The position numbers and the translations under genes are program-made. The notes beneath the pieces were generated by a model. It was not told where the DNA came from. It saw only the letters and a list, made by a program, of their open reading frames with translations, and did no database searches. Shown in pieces: positions 37,601 to 51,222 of a stretch of 64,000 nt of DNA. The stretch comes from Azolla caroliniana (lineage: Eukaryota > Plantae > Polypodiophyta). Each line of letters opens with the position of its first letter. Within the stretch, counting starts at the first letter, position 1. The DNA is taken from the NCBI GenBank assembly GCA_043228905.1, contig JBHGNT010000002.1, positions 27,218,001 through 27,282,000 of the forward strand, read 5' to 3'.

Positions 37601-39699
37601 TATCATGGTTGCTCAATGTATCAGAATAATGTCCACAAAAGTTTTAAGTCTCGGAGAAAGTTGATCCTTTCCTATTTGTTTAAATTGAGGACCCATAAAA
37701 GATGGGAAGTTGCTGATCCATTTGCTAAATGCTATAATCTAGACATTGGTGTTTATGGTTAGGGCTACATGATACTAAAAAGACTATAATACACCAAGTC
37801 CTAGTAAAGGTTATCCAAAGTCTTGCTTTTGTGTATCTTTATGGTGAGTAAAGGAGGGGCAAAGTAACAAAAAGAACTTAGAATCTTCTTTCCCTTCTTG
37901 TGGAGCATCTTTTGAACCCTCGATTATAGAAATGAAGAAAAGCAATGAAATGACATGAAAAGGACGTGTCATGGGTGGACTAAAGAAAGGTTAGGAATTT
38001 AAAGGGTCATGTTTCACCCTCGAATCACTTTAGAAGATTGAACTAAAGGACCCAAAGGTGGTGAATTCTTTCCAAGATTCTAAGACATCTCAGTGCTTGT
38101 ATGGCTAGAGAGACGAAGGACATAGAAAGAAATCCCAATGTGAGTCCAACTTCGAAAATAAAGCTTGTCGTTCTATTGGTCAGCTATTGATTGGTAATGC
38201 CACTATGATCAATATTTAATTAGTAGGGAAACTCCCTACTTGTGTTGGTTTGTTAGCATTGTCTCTCTAAAAAGAGACTTCTATTGATTTGAGAAGCCTA
38301 GTTTGAAAATTTATTTGTAATACATAATGATAAAAAGTGTATTAGTCTATCTAGTATGCTGAAATACTTTTGTGTAAATGTTTGCGTAACTTTGTTTCAT
38401 TTATTAAATGCTATAAGAACGAGGAGCATTGTCTCACATCTTGGTTCCATGCAATTTCTTGTTTTGCTTATGAACATTGGTAACAACATAATGTGGATGT
38501 GCACGATGGTAAAATAGGAATGAATATCTCTAAAGTAAATTGACTTAAGCCTTGAGGTTTAGGATTAGGATCATGACACACATTAATTACGAAGAGATAA
38601 GCACCATCAAGGCAAATTAACGAATACCTTAATATAATGGAAGCATCATGTTTTATGGCCATCATGCATGATAAAGTTTGTATTCAGATGGTGCACATTT
38701 CGTTACTTGTAACAAATCACTAAAATTGAACCTAATAATAAGTTACTATATCCTAGGTTGAAGATTATATACTTTGAGTCGGGTGTTCATGATCGTGTGC
38801 TTGAACATTTAAGCTTAACCAACTATATATGTTGAATACAGGTGGAACCATCTTAATATGTATATGGTTGACAACAAACATTGTAATGCATGAAAAAATC
38901 CCATGGGAGGTTGCTCATTTCATGTTATCCAGTAAATAGTAGTATAGTTGAAACAGAAACAATAAACTAGTATTAGTAAATAGAGAACCCATAGCATACA
39001 TTGATGAAAAGGACGTAGTATATTATAATCAAAATGACTATGCATGGATGGTATTGTAATCAATAACATTGGGAGATCAATAATAAGTAGTTAAAGTTAT
39101 ATAACTTATTGTGAACTGTTGAGATGAATTACTTTGAATATAAACATCTTGACATTATATGTATATATAACCAAGGCTTTGAGTTACTCAGAAATTTTAT
39201 TTATTTGTGTTTATTTTACTCTTATAATGAATGAGATATAATCTATACTTACATAGTCTACATTTTATTTTTTTTAAATTAGTACACGAACAAATCATTG
39301 ATTGAAGTGACTTGTCTAGTCATAAAAAAAAAAAACGTAGGGTTCAAAAAATGGTTCTTTCTTTTTGTCCTTTTCAGTTCAATTTAGTCTATTCTCACAT
39401 AAACTTTTATTTCACACTTTTAATCTACTTTTTAGAACTCAAAAATTTAAGTTTACCTCTATGTTGATTTTGTAACTTAAGTTATTACAACATGACATTA
39501 GCTAACAACCTAACCTTCTAATACACACTCATTTTCCCCAATACTCTAGCTTTATTGCTAAGTTTTGCACGTGAGGTTGCACAATTCCCCATGTACACTT
39601 GTCATGGTCCTCACACGTCTATTCCATACGTCTATTCCATTGGACAGAAAAGAAGACATACATAATAGGATTTGGCATTTTCATATGCCAAATATCCAA

Positions 39700-42600
39700 T
39701 TTACGTTCTTAATTATGAATGTTCCACATGCCAAAGAATGCATTTATGCCCCTTGATGATGATAAGACAAATTGTGCTAAGTTCAACTTCCTCTCGCTCC
39801 TAAGAAACCATAGCTCAACTTCTTGTTCTTCGCAAGTTGTCTGAAGTATCCAACATGGGTGAACGTGTTTCTTAGCTTGAGGCATTGCCAAAGTGTAAAA
39901 CATGGGTTTGGCCCCAACATCCACTTGCCTACCAATCATGCCATTAAGCTTTGGCAAAGAAGTTTCCATTCGAAACTTGGACTTTCATATTTTGTGGGTC
40001 AAGGTTAAGGTAGTTCCCCAAATTTTGTTCAATTCTAGTTTTAAGTGTTGGTACCTCTGAGAATGTAGCTAATTCTCACATTGGGCTACCTCATTCCATA
40101 ATTGGATAAATTGATTTGCATATGTTAGATTATATCGAGCTTTAATAAATTGGATAAGGGGTCAAGCTTAGATTTTATTATTCAATTTCTAGTCCTTTGT
40201 ACTTTATCCTTTCTTGATAGGGTTTCGGGGGTGTCTAATGACTCAAGAACAACCTTTCCAAATTTAGCTTATCCATAATTTATGAGTATGCTTCCCATTG
40301 TTTTCCATAAGGACCTTGTTGCTCTCATACTTGGAAAATGTCTTACCAAAACTAATACATCACCTCCATGAGGATTGGATGCTTGGACAAAGTTCAAACC
40401 AATTGGAGCTTCCTCATTGTTAGCATGAGAACAATTCTCTTTGGGGTGATGGAATGACCCTTATTTTCAATTTGATTGTTACATTACTACATTGTTGTCC
40501 AATCCCAAGGGCCCTTGGCCCCATCTTTCTTAGGGCACATGCAAGCATGTATCCACATCAATGAGAAAGTTCCTTTGCCAAATGTTATTCTTAACAATGT
40601 GTATGATTTGGTCCAATTGGTTCACTGATGGAATGGCAATATGTATGATGTAGGTGAGTTTGGAAACCTTAATATATATCGTGTGTCCCGTGAGAAGTGT
40701 ATTTTATCATCCAATTGATTTCTTGCTTTTCTAGCTTGTTGATCCATTGATACATTGATCCCACTATTATTTTGCATTAGATGACTATCCACAGAATTAC
40801 CAAACACTCACTAAGCATGACCCTCAAGAGTGAGAGGCACACACAAGTGGACGTTAATTTCCAAGGAGACTTTCTTTCTAGCATTTGTCTTATATGGACG
40901 ATTTGGTTGTCTTATCTAGGGAGCTCGATGCCACACCCAAATGTTATATTGCTTCACACACATTTTCTCGATCCATTCTTGATTCATCATATCATTTTTG
41001 CGAATGGTTTGTTTCTAGTAATAGCAATCCCATCTCTTCTAGGCCTTGTTTCGCTTTTCTCATGAAATCCTAGCCTAGAGCGTTCAAAACAATTGAAACA
41101 AGCAAGGAGAAACTGGAAAACTCTATATGGCAAGTTGTTAGGGCTATACTATTTCAAATCCCCTCCTATTGACATTGATGCTCAACGAGGCCCTTTCAAT
41201 GAGTATTTAGACCCATCCTTGTAACTGATCACCTACTTGGATTATTTTAGCGTATACTGATAAAACATGATTGGCAATCCTCAAAATCCTTTATCCACTC
41301 CTAGAGTTGGGGAGTTAGGGATGTGTCAATCATTGATGTATGAGACATTAAGGATGTCAATGGCCTCAAATTAGACATGTACATGAAAAATTTTCATGTA
41401 TGTACTATTGATATTTTTCCCCTAGAAAGTTACGACATTCGTATTAAGAAAATGCCCTAAGGCTATAATACATGAAATATGTACATTTATGTAATGAGCC
41501 CCCATGCGAAGTTTTAATTGTTGGCTTAAATAACTATTTCGGTGTAGAGTAGACCCACCCCATCTTATAAAAAAACCATCTATAAAATATTCCTTTGTCC
41601 CATATGGCATGAAACTCCAATAGTTGTAACTCTACTTGTTGTGTATTACCTTTTATATTATCCAAAGAACCTCTAAGATTATGCATGATCATTGTCCGAA
41701 TCGTAGAAATAATCTAGGTAGGTCTTTTAGTCACATTTTGGAATACCTTCAAACATCTAGTCTCCTAAATATACCAAATTGTGATACTACTTACCAATTG
41801 CCATATTTTAGGTTTATCAGTCTCAATTTGTGGATTCAGAGGTATAATTGTTTTTTGCAGTTGACCATTTCTCATAACAAGAGCATCTACAACATCCTCT
41901 TGTTCATATACCATTTGTTTATCTTGTACCACTACCCATAATACTATCCCCATGCCCCCATGTATACACAGTTAGAGGAAGGACTGATATCAACAATGTT
42001 ATGATTCTTTTCCATATTTCCATCGCAAAGACACAACTTTGTAAATGATGCTTAGTAGTCTCGACTAGTTCGTACAAAAAGGGCACATATTGTTTGCATT
42101 CACTCCTTTTCGTCAACCATTAATTGCTATAGCTATATGAACCAACAATAGTAAAAAAAACAAATTTCCTACTCATTTTTATGCTCCACAACCATTTCCA
42201 ATAATTGCTTGAGATGTTGTGGAGAAAGTTCATCTCGTCTCCAGAAAACATTTGTAGCTAGTTCCTTCCATGATCAAGCACCTAATATTTTCCTACCAAT
42301 CTTCATAGAATACTAAAAAGAACACATGTTTTATCTGAGCTTGAATCAACACTTTCCTATATAGTTCTCCAGGATCCCAAGCTAATCAAGATTTTGATCT
42401 CCTTTCCAGAATCAAAAACCTCCAAAATAGATTTGTGGATCTGGATCTAAGACCCAATTTGATCCATCATTTGCGACAATCCTCACTTCTTATGCAAACA
42501 ATAACTAAACAAATTAGTTTCGGTATATGTGAAAGTTAACCGACCATCGTATTGTCCACCAAAAGTCATAAAATCTTATTCCCCAATGTAGGCTTTTACT

Positions 42601-43450
42601 CCGGTCAAAACATCCAATGGTGCAAATAAAGATATCCACTTATGTGTAAACGGTCCAAATTGCACATGAATATTAGGAAGAGTGGCTTATATTGTAGAAT
42701 ACATAGTCTTTCCGTCCCTTATATTATTAAGCATTAGCATTCTTTGGTATATCGATGTGGACAAAAATGTTCTCCAAGCACTTATAGATTGTGCTAGCCC
42801 CCTATCTAATTCAACCCATGTGCATGAGTATGCCTTCCCAACTTTTAATTACACCAAGTTGTGATATAAGTGGCTACCAATATTCTTAGTCTCGTTGAAG
42901 ATATTATATATATATTTTATACATTGGCAATCCCTTGGAAACATTCAAATCTTTTGCCATCAGGATTGATGGTTTACCTTTTGTATTTGCCCTCTTTGAT
43001 ATGAATATATTAACCATTACATATAAATGAAAGGAAATAAAATGTGTTTAGGTACATACATACATGCAAATGTATGTATGTATGCACTAGCATGCATATG
43101 TGAACATGATATTTCCCTTTGGGCTCTCCAATGGGAGCAATTCCAACAAGGCTTAGACCATAAATTTTAAGATATACCAATACAACATAATTTTAGAGAT
43201 CACATAAGGGCATATCGCTTACCAATGGCAAGAGTTAACATGATGGAAATAAATCATAATAATATACCTCAGTGTATATTTAAGCACATTTTAGAGACAT
43301 TTACCATCCCGATGGAAGGAGTTGAATTCTCCAACAATGGTTTACAAAAGCAAGGGCCATAGAGGCCCCATTAAAAGGAACAAAACATATAAAAATATCC
43401 TTCAAGGCACATAAGCTTGAAAGATAGTCAATGCTACGACACTTTTACAT
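39700..43450 (-). mobile_element. Degenerate L1-type LINE remnants
   Basis: zf-RVT-like VETTKHHLQSCVFAMEIWK (41919-42116) followed by WQLVSSITIWYI; RT-like segments near 41150-41300. Heavily interrupted, boundaries uncertain. Confidence 0.45.
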
Positions 43451-43549
43451 GTATTATCAAAAGAATGATGCATGTGATATGTGATCTCTAATATTTTAAA
43501 ATAAAGTTTGGTGTTTGGACTTGGGTGTGCATCAACAAATAAATTGTTT

Positions 43550-43985
43550 ACAAATAACGCATTGTATCATCATTTAAATAACGTTTCTTTTGATCTTGAA
43601 AGGAAGACCTTGAAATTGCCAATATATTATTGCCTTCCGACGTTAGTTGTCTCTATATGAAGACCCAAGTTGAACTAAGAGAACATAATTTAAGATATGG
43701 TTGCATGAAGAAAGATGTGTCATGCTTGACTCTGATTGGGCACCAAATTTGAGGTCATCAGAGTAAGTATATTGATGAATTGGGATCATATTGCATGAAT
43801 TGATTTCAATGCCAAGGATTTGGCACTACATTTTGATGAATATGATGCGTCGTGCTAGAAAGATTGGGCTAATCGTAGTGACAATGTTACGAGCTTAGTC
43901 GAGATTTCAAAAGCATGGACAATTTTGGAAGGTACAGAGGTTAGTTATGTCCATTTGATCTACCAATCTTGAGGGGGGAGTGAAG
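43550..43985 (+). mobile_element. Possible Ty1/copia 3' remnant ending in a polypurine tract
   Basis: CTTGAGGGGGGAG-TG at ~43968-43982 resembles the copia pol end/PPT next to an LTR TG; weak RT-like HQSKYIDE upstream. Confidence 0.3.
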
Positions 43986-44237
43986 AAAGTATACCAAGCT
44001 GAAATGTCTCAAATGTATGTTGAAATAAGGTCTAAAACCTAATGCAACCACATTCACAGGCAATATTCATTGTAATAGTTGACTATTTTAATACCAATGG
44101 AGGATATTTTTTATGGAAAAAATAAAAATAAAAATAAAGATATGGTTGCAAGCTATTCATTCCAAAAAACTTTCAGATAATCACCTTCCACTCTTTATAT
44201 CCATGAACCAAATGTATTCGTACACATGGATAGGTGG

Positions 44238-44239
<2 letters not shown>

Positions 44240-44322
<83 letters not shown>
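44240..44322. repeat. Compound microsatellite (CATA)n(CA)n(CATACA)n
   Basis: Directly visible. Confidence 0.95.
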
Positions 44323-44353
44323 TGTATGTACGTGTGTAATCACAAATGGTTCT

Positions 44354-44533
44354 ATGTTTCAATATTCTTGTATGGATGTAGGTACTCCTGAGTGAATAAT
44401 GTTTCTATATTCTTGTATGGATGTAGGTACTCATGAGTGAATAATGTTTCTATATTCTTGTATGGATGTAGGTACTCATGAGTGAATAATGTTTCTATAT
44501 TCTTGTATGGATGTAGGAACTCATGAGTGAATA
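44354..44533. repeat. Minisatellite, 4 x 45 bp
   Basis: ATGTTTCTATATTCTTGTATGGATGTAGGTACTCATGAGTGAATA at 44354, 44399, 44444 and 44489. Confidence 0.95.
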
Positions 44534-46447
44534 GGGTGCATTATACACTTACAGATAAATATATGTCAGCTCTAGTTGGAGTTAACATGTGCTAGAAAAA
44601 TTCGAAACTCACAACTTTATTTGAGGTTTCGCCATGTTTTTTTCTTTTGGGTGATCCTTAATTTTTTGTGGGGGTGCTAGTGCCAACTAGGGTAAGCATA
44701 AGCCCATACACAAACACATTGTACATATATAACAAAATAGAATAACTGGTTTTAGACGAAGTCTCACTTGGAAATTGGCACTTAAATTTTAATAGTTGGG
44801 AGAATACAAATTTTTTAGACGTTATGGTCTTTTGGACAAATCGAAGAAGTGGGGTATGTGGTCTATGCATGTGCATGTATATTCATTCACGTCACGTATC
44901 CATACGAGATGGGGCACCATTGTATCTTTAAGGGACAAGCAAACTTCAACAAGTACATGAGGGAGCTCTATAAAAGGAGGTAGACTTTCGGTGTCTTTGG
45001 ATTATATTGAAATACTTAGGATTCTCTCGAATCTTCTTTAACAAATGTTCTCAAAACCTTACCCCACGACATTTTAATACATTTATGTTAAAACTTTAAA
45101 ATCTGCTAATACATCCCCTCTCACATGGTTTCATGTTTTAATAGAAAGCTTATTCTCTTGAAAGCTACCAAAATTCTAAAAACACCGGATTGAACTTACA
45201 ATCAAAACCAATCATCTCATGTTTTATCTGCAAGGTGAACCTACTTCTTAAATCAGTCCATTTCTCTTCTTCCTATCCTAAAGTTATTGTACAGTGTTAG
45301 GTTAGAATAGTTATTATTAATTTTCTTTCATATTCAACTCCCCATCTAGCTTTGGTGCATTCCATGTATTGGGAGAAAAAATTAGAAATCCTAGCATCAT
45401 GATGATGATTGGGGCCTCTTTTTACTCCCCAAATCTAGAGATTCCATGAATGTTTCCTAACAATTAGCTTGCTCATGGCTTCCATGTATGCCATGCCATG
45501 ATGAGGATGGTGGTGCATCATCATCATCACTATAGACATGTCTCATTCTAATGACCTTTACCATCATCATAATTCAGCATTCAGCATTCAGCATTCACCA
45601 TTCACCATTCATCATCACCATCACCATCACCATCTACATTTATGGTCCTTGAACCCCATGGGTGACACATCGACAAGGGCTTGAGGGTTCACATGATTGA
45701 TAATCATCATATTTATCATGTTCATTTTCATTGCATTTGAAGCAAGCCATGAACAAATCGAAGTCTGTGGCACCTATAATGGGTTTGTGTTAGTGGTCAT
45801 TCTCATGCCCATAGTATAGTCCATGATCATATGCTAATATAGCATATGACACACACCAACAAAACACTTCACAACACATAAAATCCATTTTTTAGTTAAA
45901 AAGACTAAATACTAAATAAATAAATAAGTAAAAAAGTAATAAAAAGGTAAATAAAATAAATTCTCCTTCTTGGATCTCTCAATCCACACCGAGGAAAAAA
46001 ACAGAAAGAGAAACAGAGTCTCCCCTGTTTCTCTACTTATTTAATCTGTGTATTGTACACACACATATAAACAACTCAGTTGCCATAGATTCTTTTCTGT
46101 TCGATGATATAGCACTCAATTTGGCTTCCCTTTCAAAGAGCATTCATTGAGATCTCATCATCTGCCTTTTCATTTTCTTCTAGTTCTGTTTCTGAGCTAT
46201 GGAAGAATTCCTTCCTTCTTTCATTATCCTTCTAAATTAGTTGAAGAAAAAGATTAAAATGAGCTTCTTCCTTTTAGAGTGCTCCTCTTATAGAAGCTTC
46301 TAATTCCTCTCTGTAAATAAGCTGTCTCGCAGTCCCTTTAGTTTTCTTTCTCTCTGTGTTTCTCTGTATTTCTTTCCTTTAGAGAGTATCAATCTGGCCA
46401 TCAGATCTGCTCTGCCTTAATCCTACTTTAATAAAAACTTACCAATC

Positions 46448-46453
46448 ATGTAA
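46448..46453 (+). promoter_or_regulatory. AUG-stop minimal uORF (ATGTAA) in the putative NIP 5'UTR; candidate boron-responsive element
   Basis: CAATCATGTAAAG lies 316 nt upstream of the NIP ATG; a second ATGTAG is at 46543-46548. The same element type controls AtNIP5;1. Confidence 0.6.
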
Positions 46454-46763
46454 AGCACTCAATCCTTAAACTTTAGATTTAACCCTCTTGTAGGGAACCT
46501 CAAAAAAAAAAAAAAAAAGATTTCATATGCAATAGCGTTAGAATGTAGTGAGGCAAATCAAAAGGTAAAATATCTCTAATTCAAGCCTAGAAAGCTTTTT
46601 AAAAAAAACCCTAAAACAAAAAAACCAAATTTCAAGTAATTAGTGATTTTTTGTTTGCATTTCATATTGTTATTTAGTATTTACATTGATGGTGGTTAGA
46701 TAAAACAAAAACAAGTGTGAAAATTTGTTAAGTGCTTTCATCACAAGAAAGAAACAGAAGAAA

Positions 46764-49700
46764 ATGGGATCAGAAGATGGATATAATAATAATGCAGGGT
46801 CCACAACACCAGTATCTACTCCCCAGACACCATTTACTCCTCTTCCTCTGCTGAACACTTCAAGGAATGCCAATTCATCATCAGTAGGAAGAGAGGTTGT
46901 GGTTGTGGATGGTGATGGTGATGGTAATGGTGGTGCTAGGAAGGTGTCTATAATACTAGGGCAATGCTTCGCCATTGACACGAATGGCCGGCATGGCGAC
47001 GAAGATCCTGAGAACATCACCTTCTCCCGCGCTTGCGTCCACCCTCCGGTCCCTTCAGTCTCTCTCACAAGGAAGGTTAGAATAGAAATTAGGGTTTCTT
47101 CCCTTCCCTTCACTTATTTCTCTCCATTCAAGCTCAACACCATGATCATGATATACCCCTCACTCATTCATGATTCTATTACTATATCATGAATGAATGA
47201 AGATGGTGCTTGCAAAACACTTTTGTTATGTACTTGCTAAGCTATTGATTCAGAAGATGTGTACCATGTGGTGTTGTTGTTTAAACTTTAAAATGCTATG
47301 ATCATTGATGCCTTTTGTTCATTTGTTTGTATTTGTAAAATGCTATTAAATGTCGTGTGCTCATTTTGTTTTTTGTGTTTGTAATGGGGTATCATTAGAT
47401 TGGTGCTGAATTTGTGGGGACATTCATCTTGATATTTGTGGCGACGGCCGCGGTGATCGTGGATGAGAAGACGGGCGGTTCGCTCACGATAATCGGGAAT
47501 GCCGCGGCCGCAGGCCTTGCCGTGATGGCCGTCATCCTCTCCGTTGGCCATATCTCGGGCGCCCACCTCAATCCGTGCCTCACCCTTTCCTTCGCCGCCC
47601 TCCGCAAATTCCCTTGGGTCCAGGCATGTACATACATATATATAACCTCTCATCTTTAGTAGTCACTAACAATCTCAACCATTGCATTACAATCAATGCA
47701 TGTCATTAAGCATATACCCTATCCATTATGGCATCTCATGAATTATCATCCATCATGTCATATCTAGAAAAACACAAAATTTGGGGGCATTAGCTCGTAT
47801 CATATCTAGATAGTCACGGAATTCTAATCCATCATGTCTACTCATGTCAACCATATTATGTGCTTGTTCGTCGCATGTCCAGCTCATAGTGTCTCATTGC
47901 TTCCTTTGTTTTGTGAGATAACTCATTGTCAATATCTGGGGGATCTCTTGTAATTATGTAAGCAACTGACCGCGAGGTACCACTTGAGGAATTCGATCGG
48001 AAGGGATTTCTTATGGGCCGAGTATGTTTGCACATATGCATAAAGAGTATCCTTGAGATTGGGGTACAAGCACATCCTCTAGGAAAAGGGGTACATTTTG
48101 ATTTTCTTATAATACCATGTCTGCTAGGTAACTCAAATCTTTGGCATTCATTTTGTTTTCAAATATGTTGGGTGGCATTTTATCCATTGTTCTTATCTTG
48201 TCTTCTTTTGTTCCATCTAGGTTCCCGCATATCTTGCGGCACAGATTGTTGGATCGATATGTGCATCTTTTGCTCTCAAAGGCATTTTCAACCCTGATCT
48301 CCATGGAGGTGTTACCGTTCCATCTGGCACTGACCTACAATCTTTTCTTCTTGAACTTGTCATCAGCTTCAACCTCATGTTCGTCGTCACTGCGGTCGCA
48401 ACGGACACTAGAGCCGTAAAAAAAACTCTCACATCCGGTTTTTTGCTTTTTGTAGTCAATTTGTTTTCATCAAAATGCATGAATCATAACACCATTATCG
48501 TCTTTGGCTTTTTAAATTTTGGTTTCATCCATCTACTACTCTTATGCTGGTATTTATATAATCTAAATTTCACCGACCCTTTTTCTCGATTCCATGTTGC
48601 TGGTACTCCCTAACGTTGGAAAAGAACTTTGTGCCATTTGGATTTGGATGCATTCATGTATATCTTATGTATCTATAACTAGTCTTGTTTATGCCAATTG
48701 CACACACTTTTAGGTGTTTGTAATGGACTCACCACATTATATAACATGTGTGTTTCTTTGATATATAGTCTAGAAGGTTCTCTCACCAATGCATTGGATC
48801 TCATCCACTTGGTGTTTAATTTGCAATTGAAGTGTGTGTTACTCTTTGTGTGCATATTATAATACTTTGTTGAAAGCTATACAAGTATAGACTACTCATT
48901 GCACTCATTCTAAAGCATTTTGACATGTCAACATGCTTGAATTTCCAATAATTGTTTTGGCATTATGGCATCATTGATCAATGCATCTAAATTTCTAGCC
49001 TTTCCAAGTATCAACCCATTGGCATTCCTAATTGACTTCTAGTATTAGCACATTCAAATTTCCCAATTCTTTACTAGATGTTTTAGTGTCAATCTGGTCT
49101 ATTGCTCATGATTCTAACGTCTCATCTTTTCGATTGCATTAGATAGTGTCTCCTCATCCAAAATTCCAACCATGCATTACATCAACCTTTTCTTAGATGT
49201 ATCATGCAATCAAGTTATAAAAGTTTGTTTCTCATATTACACTAGCAGTTGCGGTGTCAAAACTCATCCAAAATTGTAAAATATATTACCAACAATTGAT
49301 TTAATATTTTTGGAATGTCCTAGGTTGGTGAATTGGCTGCAATAGCTGTTGGAGCCACGGTCATGATGAACATACTTATATCGGGGTAAAGATTCTCTTT
49401 GCATTCGTTGAACAACCCATGTTTTGTTGCATTGGATTCATAACCAACAATACGTGCATGAAAGCACGTGTTACTACTTTTTAGCTCACTACTTAAATTA
49501 GGAGATGATACTCGTCAAAACCCGAGACATTGACAACTTGTTGAGAGCCTTGTCCCACTAAGATCTATATAAACAAATACTACGAGTATTTCAAAATCCA
49601 GTCTCCTCCATATAATCGACTGGGGATTTGAAAGCAAAAATGGATTATAAATAGGAAATTTGACATTTTACCTAACAAGAGGGAGAATTTCTCAATTAAA

Positions 49701-50712
49701 AATTGAGAGAAACTCGTAGGTTGTAAATTTCACACATAGCTAATAGCTATTGAAAAATGTGGGTGTCACACCATGTGGTTAGGTTGGGAAAACCACATAA
49801 GAAATATTGAAATTGTGTAGTTGGGGAATGGTTACTACAAGAGAGGTTAATTATAGTGATAAAAAGCAATAACACAAAGCCCATCAAAACCCGAGTGGCC
49901 AATATAGATGTCATGCTAGTGCTCACAAAGGATCTATAATCATCTTCTCTTCACAATGGAATCTTTGGGACATCGTGTGGAAAAATTGTGTAAATGGATG
50001 CCTTGATCCATAGCCATAAAATGTTAACTCTGACCAATATGGAGAAGAAACGTCTCTTTTTTGGCAAAACTTGTTTGCATCGTTGTTTTCCCCCCCTTAG
50101 TGCATCCTCATTCTAGTAGGAAACAATCTACTACAATCGAGAGGAAATTTCTTGAAAAGAAATCATATATTTATACTCACAATGAACTTCCTTTCTTGAA
50201 AAGAAGTCATATATTTATACTCACAATGAACAAACAGTTCTAGCCTTTTTTCCGCCTAATATAGAAATGTCATTGGCGAGCCAATGGCTTCAACCAAAAC
50301 CTAGGGATGTATGACTGCTTTTTTGCCTTGGGAATCATGGTATGAATTGGTAATCAATACCCATGACATGAATCATCTTTTGAAACTGAATTGCTAAATC
50401 ATGACATGAATTAGGGTTGTTTGGTGTCTAGGATTGAATGCCATATCCATCCCCAATACGGATTCTTTTGACACTTCTATGAAATAACTATGCAGTGCGA
50501 CGTCGGGGGGTTCAATGAATCCAGTGAGGACATTGGGGCCAGCCATAGCCGCGAACAATTACAAGGGGCTATGGCTCTACATGATCGGGCCACCGCTTGG
50601 TGCATTGGGGGGTGCTACCGCATATGCTCTCATCCGCCTTAGTGACGACGATCCAGGACCCTCGCGCTCCGTCCGGAGCTTCCGACGCTCTGCCACCACC
50701 ACCCCACGCTAA
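46764..50712 (+). CDS. NIP: NOD26-like intrinsic protein, NIP II subgroup (NIP5;1/NIP6;1-like boric acid channel)
   Basis: Exons 46764-47075, 47399-47623 (225 nt, GC donor), 48221-48415 (195 nt), 49324-49385 (62 nt), 50496-50712. Motifs: AEFVGTFILIF, GNAAAAGLAVM, HISGAHLNPC, FVVTAVATDTRAVGELA, GATVMMNILISG and SGGSMNPVRTLGPA; C-terminal RSFRR. ar/R filter A/I/G/R. Confidence 0.96.
50149..50231. repeat. Tandem duplication, 2 x ~39 bp, in NIP intron 4
   Basis: TTCTTGAAAAGAA.TCATATATTTATACTCACAATGAAC occurs twice. Confidence 0.9.
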
Positions 50713-51222
50713 ACAACCATCCACATAGAACCCTAAACCCCATCACCATCACAAACCCTACATATATCATTACAATGCCACCATTGTTCTATTCACTCAA
50801 ACTATCATCATACATCTTCCCATCACCATCAACCTTAATATCACTATTATAACCTAAGCTACATGACCTTTGTTTTTTCTTCCATGAACCCTTTCTTGCA
50901 TGTCACATGTTGACATTCATAAAACTTCATCAAGCCTACTACAACCACTCCCATCACCAGCAACTCAGGATCACTATCAAACCTAATGTAGCTCTTACCA
51001 TCACTATTATAATCGAAGTCGCCATTATATCAAATTACCTTGTTATAGCCAGTACCAACTATAATCTTGAGTATTGTGCATTTGAGATGCATCTTTACTC
51101 AGGGTCTACGATAAGTTGTTCAAGGGTGGATGGCCTCGACCACTCGTTTGGACACACACCTCAAAGCTTTCATTTGTGCTCTTCTACTTAGGCACCATTA
51201 TCTTCATCTTCTGCAAATTGCG

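Noticed and set aside
46670-47653. Antisense ORFs over the NIP exons (and similar ones over FAS2 and AAC)
   Set aside because: They are shadow frames of the real coding exons.
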